DNA of 64,000 nt from Spirochaetia bacterium (GTDB taxonomy: Bacteria > Spirochaetota > Spirochaetia > SZUA-6 > Bin103), in the NCBI GenBank assembly GCA_965198005.1, contig CBDAOI010000003.1, forward strand, positions 928,001 through 992,000, in the 5' to 3' direction. Shown here one piece after another: positions 19,050 to 29,266 of this stretch (its first letter is position 1; every line of letters starts with the position of its first letter). The position numbers and the translations under genes were made by a program. The notes below the pieces were generated by a model. That model had not been told where the DNA came from and made no database searches. It saw nothing but the letters and a program-made list of their open reading frames with translations.

Positions 19050-20414
19050 ATGACCTACCGACTGCTGTCGCTGGGCTGCCAGATGAATACTTCGGACGCG
19101 GAGCGGATCGCGGCGGTGCTGGAGGGTGCCGGGTTCGCCGAGGCGCAGAGTGAGGCGCAGGCCGACCTGCTCGGGGTGGTGGCGTGCTCGGTGCGCCAGA
19201 AGGCGATCGACCGGGTCTACGGCCGCATCCACGAGTGGAACCGCTGGAAGGCGCAGCGGCCGCTGCTCACCTTCGTGTCCGGCTGCATCCTGCCCGAGGA
19301 CGAGGCGAAGTTCCTGCGCCTGTTCGACCTGGTGTTCCGCATCGACGATCTGCCGCAGCTTCCGGAGATGATCCGCACCTCCGGCGTGGTCACCCCCGCG
19401 GCGATCGACGCCGCCCTGCATCCGGGGCGCTCGGTGACGCTCAACCACACCGACCGGTTCTGGGGCATCACGCCGCGCTACGGGTCGGCCCACGCCGCCT
19501 ACGTCCCGATCCAGAACGGCTGCGACAAGTTCTGCACCTTCTGCGCGGTGCCCTACACCCGCGGGCGCGAGGTGTCGCGGCCGGCGGCCGACGTGCTGCG
19601 CGAGGTGGAGGGGTTGCTGGCGCGCGGCTACCGCAGCATCACGCTGCTGGGCCAGAACGTGAACTCCTACGGCCGCGACCGGCCGGGCGCCGAACCCAGC
19701 TTCGCCGCATTGCTCGGGGAGGTGGGGGCGCGGTGCGACGCCGCTGCGCAGAAGGTGTGGGTGTACTTCACCTCGCCGCATCCGGCGGACATGTCGCCGG
19801 CGGTGCTGGAGCGCATTGCCGAGTACGACTCGCTGGCTACGCAGATCCATCTGCCGATGCAGTCGGCCGACGACAAGGTGCTGATCCGCATGAACCGCAA
19901 CCACCGCCTGGACCAGTACCGGGCAGTGGTCGACAACATCCGCACGATGCTGCCGGCCGCGACGCTGTTCACCGACATCATCGTGGGCTTCTGCGGCGAG
20001 ACCGAGGAGCAGTTCGAGCGCACCCGCCGGGCGATGGAGGAGTTCGCGTTCGACATGGCCTACGTCGCCATGTATTCGCCGCGGCCCGGGGCGGCGGCGG
20101 CGCGCTGGCCGGACGACGTGCCGCAGGCGGAGAAGAAGCGGCGGTTGCAGGTGCTGTCCGAGGTGCTGCAGGAGACCGCCCTGCGCCACAACCGGCGCTG
20201 GGAGGGGCGCACGGTGGAGGTGCTGGTCGAGGCCGAGGACCGCAAGCCGGGGCTGCTGATCGGCCGCACCGAGGGCCGCGTCCCGGTGCGCTTCGCCGGC
20301 GGCACCGACCTGATCGGCACCCACGTGGCGGTGGACGTGACCCGCGCGCGGCCGCTGTCGCTGGAAGGCGAGCTGCCGGTGGCCGCGGCGCCGGCCGCGC
20401 TGGCCGCCTCCTGA
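19050..20414 (+). CDS. miaB: tRNA-2-methylthio-N6-dimethylallyladenosine synthase (radical SAM)
   Basis: GCQMN..D, CSVR, GCDKFCTFC, LLGQNVNSY, TDIIVGF.GET, YSPRPG, TRAM domain. Confidence 0.95.
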   Translation: MTYRLLSLGCQMNTSDAERIAAVLEGAGFAEAQSEAQADLLGVVACSVRQKAIDRVYGRIHEWNRWKAQRPLLTFVSGCILPEDEAKFLRLFDLVFRIDDLPQLPEMIRTSGVVTPAAIDAALHPGRSVTLNHTDRFWGITPRYGSAHAAYVPIQNGCDKFCTFCAVPYTRGREVSRPAADVLREVEGLLARGYRSITLLGQNVNSYGRDRPGAEPSFAALLGEVGARCDAAAQKVWVYFTSPHPADMSPAVLERIAEYDSLATQIHLPMQSADDKVLIRMNRNHRLDQYRAVVDNIRTMLPAATLFTDIIVGFCGETEEQFERTRRAMEEFAFDMAYVAMYSPRPGAAAARWPDDVPQAEKKRRLQVLSEVLQETALRHNRRWEGRTVEVLVEAEDRKPGLLIGRTEGRVPVRFAGGTDLIGTHVAVDVTRARPLSLEGELPVAAAPAALAAS

Positions 20415-20482
20415 AAGTGCGCCGGCCGATCTGCTCCACGCCGCCTACCGGCGAATCGCGTCCCGCGTAGCCCGCTGAGCCG

Positions 20483-21793
20483 GTGAACCGGGCCGTGCCG
20501 CCGATCGCTCTGCCGCGCGGGTTCCGCCGCCTGCCGCTGGCCGAGCGCCGGGCCGCGCTGGCCGCCGCGTTGGGCTGCCAACTGCCGGCCGCCCTGTGCG
20601 GTGACGCGGAAACGGGTGCGGTCGCCGACCTGCTGGTAGAGAATGCGGTCGGTGCGTTCCCGCTACCGGTCGGGCTGGCGACCGGTTTTCGGGTGGACGG
20701 CGAGGAGCTGGTGGTGCCGCTCGCCACCGAGGAGGCGTCGGTGGTGGCCGCGGCCAGTTACGGCGCGCGCCTGCTGGCAGAAGGGGAGGGCGGCGCCGGT
20801 ATCCGCACCGAGGCCGATCCGCCGATCGCAACGGTGCAACTGTTCGTCGAGCAGGCGCGCGACGATGCGGAGCAAGCGGTGCGCGCCGCGCGGGCGGAGA
20901 TCGCCGTCCTGGTGGACGCGGCCGTGGCGACCCTGGTGGAGCGCGGCGGCGGGTTCCGGGAGGTGACGGCGCAGCGGGTCGGGGACGCGCTGAAGGTGGA
21001 GATCGACCTGGACGTGCGCGACGCGATGGGGGCGAACAAGGTCAATACCGCCGGCGAGGCGGCGCGCCCGTTGCTGGAACGGCTCACCGGCGGGCGCCTG
21101 CTGATGGCCATCGTCACCAACGCCAGCCGCCGGGCCCGGGTGCGCGCGGCGGGGCAGGTGGCGTGCTCCGGCCTGGCGCGCGGCGCGTACTCCGGCGCCG
21201 AAGTGGCGCGGCGCATCGTGCGCGCCGCCGCGATCGCCGCCGCCGACCACGACCGCGCCGTGACCCACAACAAGGGCGTGCTCAACGGCATCGCCGCGCT
21301 CACCCAGGCCACCGGCAACGACACGCGCGCGGTCGAGGCGGCTGCCCACGGCTGGGCCGCCGCCGGCACCGCCTACGCACCGCTCACCCGCTACCGCGTC
21401 GCCGGCGGCACGCTGCAGTGCCGCCTGGAGTGTCCGCTGCCGCTCGGCACCGTCGGCGGCGCCGTCGGCCTGCACCCGGTCAGCCGCCTGGCGCTCCGCA
21501 TTCTGGGCAACCCCGACAGCCGCCGGCTGGCCGCCATTGCCGCCGCCGTCGGCCTGGCCCAGAATCTCGCGGCACTGCGGGCGCTGGTATCCGAGGGCAT
21601 CCAGCACGGCCACATGCGCCTGCACGCGGAGCGGCTGGCGTTCACCGCCGGCGCGCGCGGCGCCGAGGTAACCGCCATCGCCGCCGCGCTGGCCGCAGCC
21701 GGACCGATGGACGTCGCCACCGCCCGCCGACTCCTCCGCGCCCAGCGCGCCCAAGCCTCAGTGACGTCGGCGCCGGCCGTCGCCACCGACTGA
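20483..21793 (+). CDS. mvaA: Class II HMG-CoA reductase
   Basis: ENAVG, ATEEASVVAA, DAMGAN, THNKG, GNDTRAVEA, EGIQHGHMRLH. Confidence 0.93.
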   Translation: MNRAVPPIALPRGFRRLPLAERRAALAAALGCQLPAALCGDAETGAVADLLVENAVGAFPLPVGLATGFRVDGEELVVPLATEEASVVAAASYGARLLAEGEGGAGIRTEADPPIATVQLFVEQARDDAEQAVRAARAEIAVLVDAAVATLVERGGGFREVTAQRVGDALKVEIDLDVRDAMGANKVNTAGEAARPLLERLTGGRLLMAIVTNASRRARVRAAGQVACSGLARGAYSGAEVARRIVRAAAIAAADHDRAVTHNKGVLNGIAALTQATGNDTRAVEAAAHGWAAAGTAYAPLTRYRVAGGTLQCRLECPLPLGTVGGAVGLHPVSRLALRILGNPDSRRLAAIAAAVGLAQNLAALRALVSEGIQHGHMRLHAERLAFTAGARGAEVTAIAAALAAAGPMDVATARRLLRAQRAQASVTSAPAVATD

Positions 21794-21805
21794 TCCGAGG
21801 CACCC

Positions 21806-22518
21806 TTGAAGACGGGATTCGCACCATTGGTGTTCGCGGTTGGCCTGCTTGTGGCCTCACAGCCGGCTCACACCCAGGAGAAAACCACGGCGCCCGGGGA
21901 CAGTGAGCTGCTGCGACTGCTTACGCTCGAACAGCTACACAACGGCCTATACCATCTGCCGCTGCTCGGGACGAGGAGACCCCGATTCGATTCCACGAGG
22001 GGCAGGGATCGATCAAGTACGGCGCGGGCGCGACGCAGCAGGTGCATGCCGGACTGGTAGGCGACCTGGTCGCTTTTGGCGACCTCGACGGTGACCAGGT
22101 TGCCGACGCCGCGGTAGTCGTCTTCATCGACCCAGGCGGCAGCGGCACCTTCATCCACTTGCTGGCGATGCATGACCGCGAAGGCGCGCCGTTTCAGGCG
22201 GGACGGGAGTTCTTGGGGGATCGGGTACGCGTGGAAAGCCTCACCATCCGGGGCGGTCGCATGTTCGTGACGATGATAGCACACGGTCCCGACGACCCGA
22301 TGTGCTGCCCATCGACCCGGTTCCGGCGCGCGTTCACGTTGCACGGACGCCGGCTGGTGCCGACTCAGGTGGCGGAGGTGGCGGAGGTGGCGCAGCGAGT
22401 TGCGGGCGGCTGTCGGACGTGCGAGAATGGCGCACGCTCCGCCTATGTGTGTACGGTTGTGTGTATTGATTCCAAGGGAAACCGGAATAAGGTTCATCTA
22501 CGACGTTCGGACAGGTAA
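21806..22518 (+). pseudogene. Frameshifted secreted hypothetical protein
   Basis: Signal-peptide ORF 21806-22060 continues in another frame with GDLDGD...GGSGTF...DPMCCPS. Confidence 0.55.
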
Positions 22519-22520
22519 CG

Positions 22521-23516
22521 GTGTGGGGAGCGTGGGGGCCGGGCGTACGGTTGGCTAGCACGCGCGGGGTGCGGGTACGGGCTGCGCCGTCGCTGGCTCT
22601 GGTGAAGTACTGGGGCAAGAGCGACGCGCGGCGCAACCTGCCGGCCACCTCCAGCCTCGCGGTTACGGTCACGGGCCTGCACACCGCCGCGCGGCTGTGG
22701 GAGGCCGCCGGACCCGACCGCCTGACCGTGGACGGCGCCGAGGTGCCCGCGGCGCGGCACGGCCCCTTCTTCGACGCCGCGCGGACCACCCTGGGGGTAA
22801 CGACGCGCTACCTGGTGGAGGCGCACAACAACTTCCCCGGCGCGGCCGGGCTGGCCAGTTCCGCGTCGTTGTTCGCGGCGCTGGCGGTGGGCTGCGCGGC
22901 GCTGGCGGGCATGGCCCCGGCGCGCGCCGGCCTGTCCGCGCTGGCGCGCATCGGGTCGGCGTCGGCGGCGCGCGCGGTGTGGGGTGGGTTCAGCGCGCTT
23001 GAAGCGGGCGCCGAGGCCGCCGTGGGCGCGTTCCCGGCAGACCACTGGCCCGAGTTGCGGCTGCTGGTGGCCGTCACCTCGCGCCGCAGCAAGCCGCTGC
23101 CGTCGCGCACCGCCATGATGCACGTGGCCGCGACCTCGCCCTACTACGACCCCTGGGTGGCCACCGCGGAGGCCACCTTCCAGGCAGCATTGGAAGCGGT
23201 GCGAGCCCGCGACCTGGAGCGGCTCGGCCCGCTCATGCGCGTCAGCTACCTGCGCATGTTCGGCACGATGTTCGCCGCCGATCCGCCGATCAACTATCTG
23301 CGGCCGCAGTCGCTGCGGGTGTTGGAGGTGCTGGCGGACCTGCGCGCGGCAGGCGTCGGCGCATGGGAGACCATGGACGCCGGCCCCCAAGTCAAGGTCG
23401 CCTGTCTGGCGGTGGACGTGGACCGGATCCGCGCCGCGCTGCTGACGGACGCGGGGCTGGCCCCCGCCGACCTGATCGAGACGGCTCCCGGCGCCGGCCC
23501 CTGCATTGTTGACTGA
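22521..23516 (+). CDS. mvaD: Diphosphomevalonate decarboxylase
   Basis: ALVKYWGK, NNFPGAAGLASSAS, GSASAARA, TMDAGPQVK. Confidence 0.93.
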   Translation: MWGAWGPGVRLASTRGVRVRAAPSLALVKYWGKSDARRNLPATSSLAVTVTGLHTAARLWEAAGPDRLTVDGAEVPAARHGPFFDAARTTLGVTTRYLVEAHNNFPGAAGLASSASLFAALAVGCAALAGMAPARAGLSALARIGSASAARAVWGGFSALEAGAEAAVGAFPADHWPELRLLVAVTSRRSKPLPSRTAMMHVAATSPYYDPWVATAEATFQAALEAVRARDLERLGPLMRVSYLRMFGTMFAADPPINYLRPQSLRVLEVLADLRAAGVGAWETMDAGPQVKVACLAVDVDRIRAALLTDAGLAPADLIETAPGAGPCIVD

Positions 23517-24459
23517 CCGTCTGGGCGTGGCCGCGCCGGGCAGCGTGCTGCTGCTTGGCGAGTACGCCGTTACCGAGCCGGACGCGCCGGGGATCACGCT
23601 GGGCGTGCTGCCGGAGGTGCGCGCCACCTGTGAGGTGCGCCGTGCGCCGCGCATCACGGGGCGGATGGGCGCGCGCCGGTTCCTGTGGACGCCGGGAGAG
23701 TGCGACTCCCCGCTGTTCGGTGCCCTGGTGGAGGAGTGCGGCGTACCATGCGGCGCGATCGAGGTGGACTCGAGTGCCCTGGTCGGAGGGCGCGGCAAGC
23801 TGGGGTTGGGGTCCAGCGCCGCGGTTGCCGTGGCGGTGGCGGCGTTGCTGTTGCAGGGGGCGCGGCCGCGCGCGGCGGCCGCGGTGGACCGGGAGCGGGT
23901 GTTCGCCGCCGCCCTTGCCGCCCATCGCCGTGCGCAGGAGGGGCGCGGCAGCGGATACGACGTGGCGGCCTCGGTGTGGGGTGGGGTGGCGCGCTTCAGC
24001 GGCGGGCGCGTGCCCCAGGTGGCGCTGCTGCCGCGGGCGCTGCTGCCGGCCTCCCTCTGCCTGGTGATGGGCGGCACCCCGCTGGCGACCACGGCCGCCG
24101 TGGCCCGCTACGAGCGGTGGCGCCGGCGTGAGCGGGCCGCGGCGGCCGACTTCCGGCGGCGCTCGCGGGCCGCGGTCGAGCGGTTGCTGGCCGCCGCCGA
24201 CGCGGCCGACTGCTGTGCCGCCATCGCCGCCGCCGGCGCGCTGACCCGCTGCCTCGGAGATCGCATCGGCGTGGCGGTTGAGCCGCCGGACCTGCGCGCC
24301 CGCCTGGACCGGTTGCGTGCCTGCGGTTGGGCCGCCAAGCCGGTGGGAGCGGGCGGCGAGCTGGGCATTGCCGCGGCGCCGGCGGACCGGCAGCTCCCGG
24401 CCGTGCCGTACGTGATGCCAATACGGCTGGCGCCGGAGGGATTGCGCTGGCTGACCTGA
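23506..24459 (+). CDS. Phosphomevalonate kinase (GHMP family)
   Basis: APGSVLLLGEYAV, KLGLGSSAA, GSGYDVAAS, KPVGAGGE; lies between mvaD and mvk. Confidence 0.8.
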   Translation: MLTDRLGVAAPGSVLLLGEYAVTEPDAPGITLGVLPEVRATCEVRRAPRITGRMGARRFLWTPGECDSPLFGALVEECGVPCGAIEVDSSALVGGRGKLGLGSSAAVAVAVAALLLQGARPRAAAAVDRERVFAAALAAHRRAQEGRGSGYDVAASVWGGVARFSGGRVPQVALLPRALLPASLCLVMGGTPLATTAAVARYERWRRRERAAAADFRRRSRAAVERLLAAADAADCCAAIAAAGALTRCLGDRIGVAVEPPDLRARLDRLRACGWAAKPVGAGGELGIAAAPADRQLPAVPYVMPIRLAPEGLRWLT

Positions 24460-25640
24460 TCGGACGCGCGGCCGGCAAGCTGCTCCTGTTCGGCGAGCAC
24501 GCCGTGGTCCACCGCCATCCTGCCCTCGGCATCAGTCTGCCGTGGACCGCCGAGCTGCGGATCACCCCGCTGGCTGCCGCAGCCACCGGCCGGTCCACTG
24601 GCCGGTCCGCGGCCCAGGACGGGCTGCCCCGCCTGCCGCCGCCGCTCGCCGCGATGCTCGGCCATCCGCCCTTCGCGGCGGTTGTCGAGGTCCGATCGCA
24701 GATCCCGGTCGGGCTCGGATTCGGCTCCAGCGCCGCCCTGTGCGTGGCGGCCGAGCGCGCCTTCGGCGGTGCGGCGCCCCGCGACTCCGGAACGCCGGAG
24801 TCGGCGAGTCGGCCGCCCGTTCGCTCGGAGCAAGCGGCCGCCGACCAGCAGGTGGTTCCTGCAACCTCGGGCGCGGCGCGGGCGCCAACGGCTGCCGCTG
24901 CCGACCTGTGGCGCGGGGCGCACGAGCGCGAACAGGTGTTTCACGGCACGCCGTCGGGTGCGGACACCGGCCTCGCGGCGCGTCCGGGGGTGGGCTTTCT
25001 GAGCTGGCCCGCGGCCGCCGGCAGCGGCGGCCTGCCGAGCTACGAGTCGCTCCCCGCGGCCGAACTGCACCTGGTGGCGGCGGCGGTGCCGCGCCGCGGC
25101 GATACCAGGGCCCAGGTCGCCGCGGTAGCCGGCCGCCTGGGCGCCGGCGACCCCGGCACCGGCAAAGACCTGCACCTCCTCGGCGGGTTCAGCCGGGAGG
25201 CGCGCGGCCTGCTGCTGCGGGGACAGCCAGCGGCGCTGGGGAGCTTGGCCGACGCCGCCCAGCGCGTGCTCGCCCGCCTCGCTCTGGCCGACCCGGCGCA
25301 GGATCGCCTGCTGCAGGCCGGCCGCCGCGCCGGCGCGAGCGGCGGCAAGCTGAGCGGCGCCGGCTGCGGCGGCGCCTGTTTCCTGGTCTGCCGCGACGCC
25401 GCGACCGCAGGCCGCGTCCTGGAGGCGGTCGCGGCACAGGCGACGGTGGCCGCCCGGGTGGTGGTGCAGGGCGGCGCCCCGCGGCTGGCATCGCCCGCGG
25501 AGCCGGCCCCCACGGTCGGCCGCTGGCTGTACCTGCCGCGAGCCGGCAGGCGCTTGCCGGTGGGCGCCGATCGTGCGATGCTTGGGGCCAGTCAGCACGA
25601 TCCGGCGAGCCGGGTCGGAGGAGGAGAGACGTGGCGCTGA
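24447..25640 (+). CDS. mvk: Mevalonate kinase
   Basis: GKLLLFGEHAVV, IPVGLGFGSSAA, FHGTPSGAD, KLSGAGCGG; start approximate. Confidence 0.85.
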   Translation: MADLIGRAAGKLLLFGEHAVVHRHPALGISLPWTAELRITPLAAAATGRSTGRSAAQDGLPRLPPPLAAMLGHPPFAAVVEVRSQIPVGLGFGSSAALCVAAERAFGGAAPRDSGTPESASRPPVRSEQAAADQQVVPATSGAARAPTAAAADLWRGAHEREQVFHGTPSGADTGLAARPGVGFLSWPAAAGSGGLPSYESLPAAELHLVAAAVPRRGDTRAQVAAVAGRLGAGDPGTGKDLHLLGGFSREARGLLLRGQPAALGSLADAAQRVLARLALADPAQDRLLQAGRRAGASGGKLSGAGCGGACFLVCRDAATAGRVLEAVAAQATVAARVVVQGGAPRLASPAEPAPTVGRWLYLPRAGRRLPVGADRAMLGASQHDPASRVGGGETWR

Positions 25641-26287
25641 GAATCAACGACGAGGCCCCCAACTTCACGGCGGAGACGACCCAGGGGCCGATCAACTTCC
25701 ATGAGTGGATCGGGGACGGGTGGGCCATTCTGTTTTCCCACCCCAAGGACTTCACCCCGGTGTGCACCACCGAGCTGGGGACCATGGCGGGCCTGCAACC
25801 GGAGTTCGAGCAGCGCAACTGCAAGGTTGTGGGGATCAGCGTAGACGGCGTGAGCGACCATGAAGCGTGGTCGCGTGACATTGAGGCGTCCCAAGGCCAC
25901 GCGGTTACCTATCCGCTCATCGGCGACCCCGATCTGTCGATCGTGAAGGCCTACGACATGCTGCCGGCGGACACCGGAGACACCTCCCAGGGCCGCACGC
26001 CGATGGAAAACGCCACCGCGCGGTCGGTGTTCGTGATCGGGCCGGACAAGAAGATCAAGGCGACCCTGACCTATCCGATGAGCACGGGCCGCAACTTCGC
26101 CGAGATCCTGCGGCTGCTCGACTCCTGCCAGCTCACCGCGGCCAAGCAGGTGGCGACCCCGGCCAACTGGAACCAGGGCGACAACGTGATCATCCTGCCG
26201 TCGGTCTCCGACGAGGCGGCCAAGGAGATCTACCCCGACGGCTGGGAATCGCCGCTGCCCTACATCCGCGTCGTCCCGCAGCCGTAG
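25631..26287 (+). CDS. 1-Cys peroxiredoxin (Prx6 family)
   Basis: FSHPKDFTPVCTTE, YPMSTGRNF, ATPANW; GTG start after ggagga. Confidence 0.93.
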   Translation: MALRINDEAPNFTAETTQGPINFHEWIGDGWAILFSHPKDFTPVCTTELGTMAGLQPEFEQRNCKVVGISVDGVSDHEAWSRDIEASQGHAVTYPLIGDPDLSIVKAYDMLPADTGDTSQGRTPMENATARSVFVIGPDKKIKATLTYPMSTGRNFAEILRLLDSCQLTAAKQVATPANWNQGDNVIILPSVSDEAAKEIYPDGWESPLPYIRVVPQP

Positions 26288-26310
26288 CTGCCGCCAAAAC
26301 CGGCGCCCGC

Positions 26311-26328
26311 CGGCGGGTCCACCCGCCG
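26311..26328. terminator. GC-rich hairpin between convergent prx and uraH
   Basis: cggcgggt / acccgccg inverted repeat; no U-tract. Confidence 0.35.
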
Positions 26329-26332
26329 CGCG

Positions 26333-26713
26333 TCAACTGCCGCGGTAGGTGGTGTAGCTCCAGGGCGACACCAGCAGGGGTACGTGGTAGTGGGCGTCGG
26401 CGGCGATCCCGAACCGTACGGTGACCTGGTCGAGAAACGGCGGATCGGGCAGGGCCACCCCAGCCTGGGCGAAGTATTCGCCGACGTGGAACACCAGTTC
26501 CCAGGTGCCGGTGCGAAACGCCGCGCCGCTCAGCAGCGGCTGGTCGCAGCGACCGTCGTGGTTGGTGCGGACCGACTTGACGAGGCGGCGCTCGGGGCCG
26601 GGAGAGTCCGCGCCGGCGCCGCCGGCCGAACCCGCGGCATAGAGATCGATCCGGATGCCGGCCCCCGGGGTGCCGTGCGCGGTGTCGAGCACGTGGGTGG
26701 TGAGTGCGCCCAT
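26333..26713 (-). CDS. uraH: Hydroxyisourate hydrolase
   Basis: [25 protein letters not shown]-terminal YRGS. Confidence 0.95.
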   Translation of the reverse strand: MGALTTHVLDTAHGTPGAGIRIDLYAAGSAGGAGADSPGPERRLVKSVRTNHDGRCDQPLLSGAAFRTGTWELVFHVGEYFAQAGVALPDPPFLDQVTVRFGIAADAHYHVPLLVSPWSYTTYRGS

Positions 26714-27564
26714 CATTCCCTCCGCAGCGTGGCCGCGATCTGGCCGCTGGGCTCGTCGGTGGGCAGAAACAACCGCCCCTGCGGTTCCAGCTCGAACGGA
26801 CTCAGGTCGATCGGCAGGTAATGCACGTTGGGCATCGACAGCGTGATTTCCATGATGTCCGGGGCGGCGGCGAGCGCGGCTTCCCCCATGCGGTACAGGC
26901 TGTCCTGCACCGAGTGGCTGAAGGTGGTGGCGAACACCCGCAACAGCGCGGCGCGCACGGTGGCGGCGACGCCTGCCCAGTCCGTGGCCCCGGCCGCCGT
27001 GGTGGCGTCAAAGCGCCACCTCACGTCCAGGCGGGTCGCGAGGATGCGGTCGGTGGTCGGCGCCAGGGTCGTGTATTCGTCCTGCACGTAGCCGACGAAG
27101 CCGGACGCGGTGGTCTTCATGATCGCGCAGTCACGAAAGCCGGCACTGAGCTCGCGGCTCGAACGGGTGGCCGTGACCTCCGCGAACGGCCGGCCGCCTT
27201 CCGCCCGCACGAAGCCGTGGGGATGCGGCCGGCCGTCGATCGCCATCCGGCTCCAGGGCGTCTCCTCCAGCTCGACCCGCGCCTCGGACACCTGTGCGTA
27301 GCGCTCCAGCAGACGGTGCGCAATGGCCAGCGCGAACGGCTCGTTGGCACTGTCGAGGTACTCCAACCCCAACACCTGCACCAGGTTCTTGATCGTGTCG
27401 GTCGGCACCACCCGGCTGTTGTCGGCCGCGGTGTAGGCGCGCTCGAACTCGCCGTCGAGGCTCACGCCGACCCGTACCTCGCGCACCTCGTGCCGATCGG
27501 CCAGCCGCTGCACGCGCAGCAGCCGCACGTTCGCCTTCCCGTACCGTTGTTGGACAGATGGCAT
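26713..27564 (-). CDS. pucL: Factor-independent urate hydroxylase (uricase)
   Basis: [44 protein letters not shown]. Confidence 0.93.
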   Translation of the reverse strand: MPSVQQRYGKANVRLLRVQRLADRHEVREVRVGVSLDGEFERAYTAADNSRVVPTDTIKNLVQVLGLEYLDSANEPFALAIAHRLLERYAQVSEARVELEETPWSRMAIDGRPHPHGFVRAEGGRPFAEVTATRSSRELSAGFRDCAIMKTTASGFVGYVQDEYTTLAPTTDRILATRLDVRWRFDATTAAGATDWAGVAATVRAALLRVFATTFSHSVQDSLYRMGEAALAAAPDIMEITLSMPNVHYLPIDLSPFELEPQGRLFLPTDEPSGQIAATLRRE

Positions 27565-27655
27565 GCAGTCGAATCCCCCCGTAGCGCCGCTCACTGATGA
27601 TACGGCTGATACCCATTGCAGGTCATTGCCCACAACGGGCGTTTGCCAGTCAATC

Positions 27656-27735
27656 TTGCCCCCCGACATATTGTGCGTATATACTGCTCTAGGCAAGACG
27701 CTACTCAATGTCGGTAGCAACTCCCGATAGGAGGT
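27656..27735 (+). promoter_or_regulatory. Putative sigma70 promoter and RBS for the three-gene cassette
   Basis: TTGCCC (27656), 18-nt spacer, TATACT (27680); AGGAGGT at 27729-27735. Confidence 0.45.
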
Positions 27736-27741
27736 TATCGA

Positions 27742-28119
27742 ATGGCCGAGGACATCGCAGTACGAGCCGCCGGCCCTCTGCATACGATGAGCCAGAGGGG
27801 AGTCCCACCAGTTTCCTGGGAGCATGACAAGAGCAGATTCTGCATTGTTCTAAAGGGGGTTTCTTTGCAACCAACACAGGAGCCTGACGAAGGTGTAAGG
27901 CTGTTCTTTCGACCACCGGTACTATTCGACATGCGCCTCCGCAAAGCAGGCTCCGACAGTTGGGGTCCCGGTTTCATACTTCCCGTAACCAGTGTTGCGC
28001 TCTCCAATTTGGAACCGGACACTGAGTATGAATGCAAAGTGTCCGAAGTAGACTTGCAGGGGAATCCCAAACCTGATTCTCCTGTGTATACGAATAGTTT
28101 TCGCTCTCCTAGCAAATAG
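27742..28119 (+). CDS. Small fibronectin type III-like protein without signal peptide
   Basis: W...TSVALSNLEPDTEYECKV resembles the Fn3 signature LxPxTxY; strong RBS. Confidence 0.65.
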   Translation: MAEDIAVRAAGPLHTMSQRGVPPVSWEHDKSRFCIVLKGVSLQPTQEPDEGVRLFFRPPVLFDMRLRKAGSDSWGPGFILPVTSVALSNLEPDTEYECKVSEVDLQGNPKPDSPVYTNSFRSPSK

Positions 28120-28673
28120 TGACGTCGATACTCATGAGTACAATTTCACAACTCCAATACGTCAGGCCGGAGAGTTCTATCCCCGAAGAGTACTTTGTGC
28201 AGACATCGAATCTATCGTCTGCGACGGAGGCAGGGCACGACCCTCTTGCCACTCACGCTCAAGACTTGATTGTTTGGTATCTCTCAGAACGCTTGATTGA
28301 GATTCCGATAGGCCATGTAGCAGAGCGGCTGTCAGGTATCCAGGAACAGATTTCTGATCTATCGAAACTTCAAGACGGCTGGCTCGATGGCGATGGTAAG
28401 GCTCCTTCAAAGCAAGGACTATCGTGGTTACTGTTCGTGTTCCATGTATCTTTCCCTTACGATGCTCCTTTACCTCGGCTGTATCCCACCGAACAAGGTA
28501 ACGTTCAAGCTGAGTGGCGAATAAAAACGAGGGATATGAGTCTCGAAGTAGATCTCCAAAAACACTTAGGCGACTGGCACAGTCTCGATTTACAGTCTGG
28601 TGATACTGTGACAGGCCTTATCAACTGCGATAATGACTCCGATTGGCAGTGGGTTAGCGATCAGTTGACTTGA
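28119..28673 (+). CDS. Hypothetical protein (LxxLxxGWxxGxGxAP motif)
   Basis: 184-aa ORF coupled to its neighbours; LSKLQDGWLDGDGKAP and P.LYPTEQGNVQAEW motifs. Confidence 0.7.
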   Translation: MTSILMSTISQLQYVRPESSIPEEYFVQTSNLSSATEAGHDPLATHAQDLIVWYLSERLIEIPIGHVAERLSGIQEQISDLSKLQDGWLDGDGKAPSKQGLSWLLFVFHVSFPYDAPLPRLYPTEQGNVQAEWRIKTRDMSLEVDLQKHLGDWHSLDLQSGDTVTGLINCDNDSDWQWVSDQLT

Positions 28674-28674
28674 G

Positions 28675-29076
28675 ATGTTCGCAGATGCGTCCTCGCTGTT
28701 TCGGCAGATTCATCCTAGCTGGGTCCAAGAAGGTGACATTACTTCTCAGGCGTTCACTCCGACCAAGAAGGACAGACGCAGACTGTCGTCGTATGATGGT
28801 ACGATGATAACTGCCAAGGACTCCTACTATCACTATACCGCAGATCTGGCGCAAGCTTCCGTCGGCGTAATGGCCATAACACCTCAGGAATGCAAGGATC
28901 ATGGGCTCTTGGTTTCTGCCGATCCTCTGCTAAACTTCGATTCCCATGTTGTGATAGTTTTTCCTGATGAGCTGACGAAATCGGGAACAAAGAACAAGGC
29001 AAAGTACTTGAAAGAGATAGCCACACGCCGAGGTTGGCAGTTCAAACCTGATAGCGAAGTATCTGAACGAGACTGA
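28675..29076 (+). CDS. Hypothetical protein, possible ADP-ribosyltransferase/RES-like fold
   Basis: LFRQIHP...SQAF...LSSY...DP.....H spacing recalls R-S-type ART-like toxins. Confidence 0.6.
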   Translation: MFADASSLFRQIHPSWVQEGDITSQAFTPTKKDRRRLSSYDGTMITAKDSYYHYTADLAQASVGVMAITPQECKDHGLLVSADPLLNFDSHVVIVFPDELTKSGTKNKAKYLKEIATRRGWQFKPDSEVSERD

Positions 29077-29266
29077 TGGGCCGCCCGATGACGACGTCCT
29101 GCAAGGCTCCAGTATCCGGAATGGCGGTGCAACGGCCGCAGGCGCGCAGTGTGGCCGGACGGCGGTCGTTGCTCCGCCGGCGGATTCCCTGGGGCCGCCG
29201 ACCCGCGGGTGGTCACGTTTGCCGGCAACCGCCGCCGCCAGCGGGAGGAATTGACGGGATACGGAA

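Noticed and set aside
22368-22392. ggtggcgga x3 repeat
   Set aside because: Short slippage repeat at the end of a broken gene; no evidence of function
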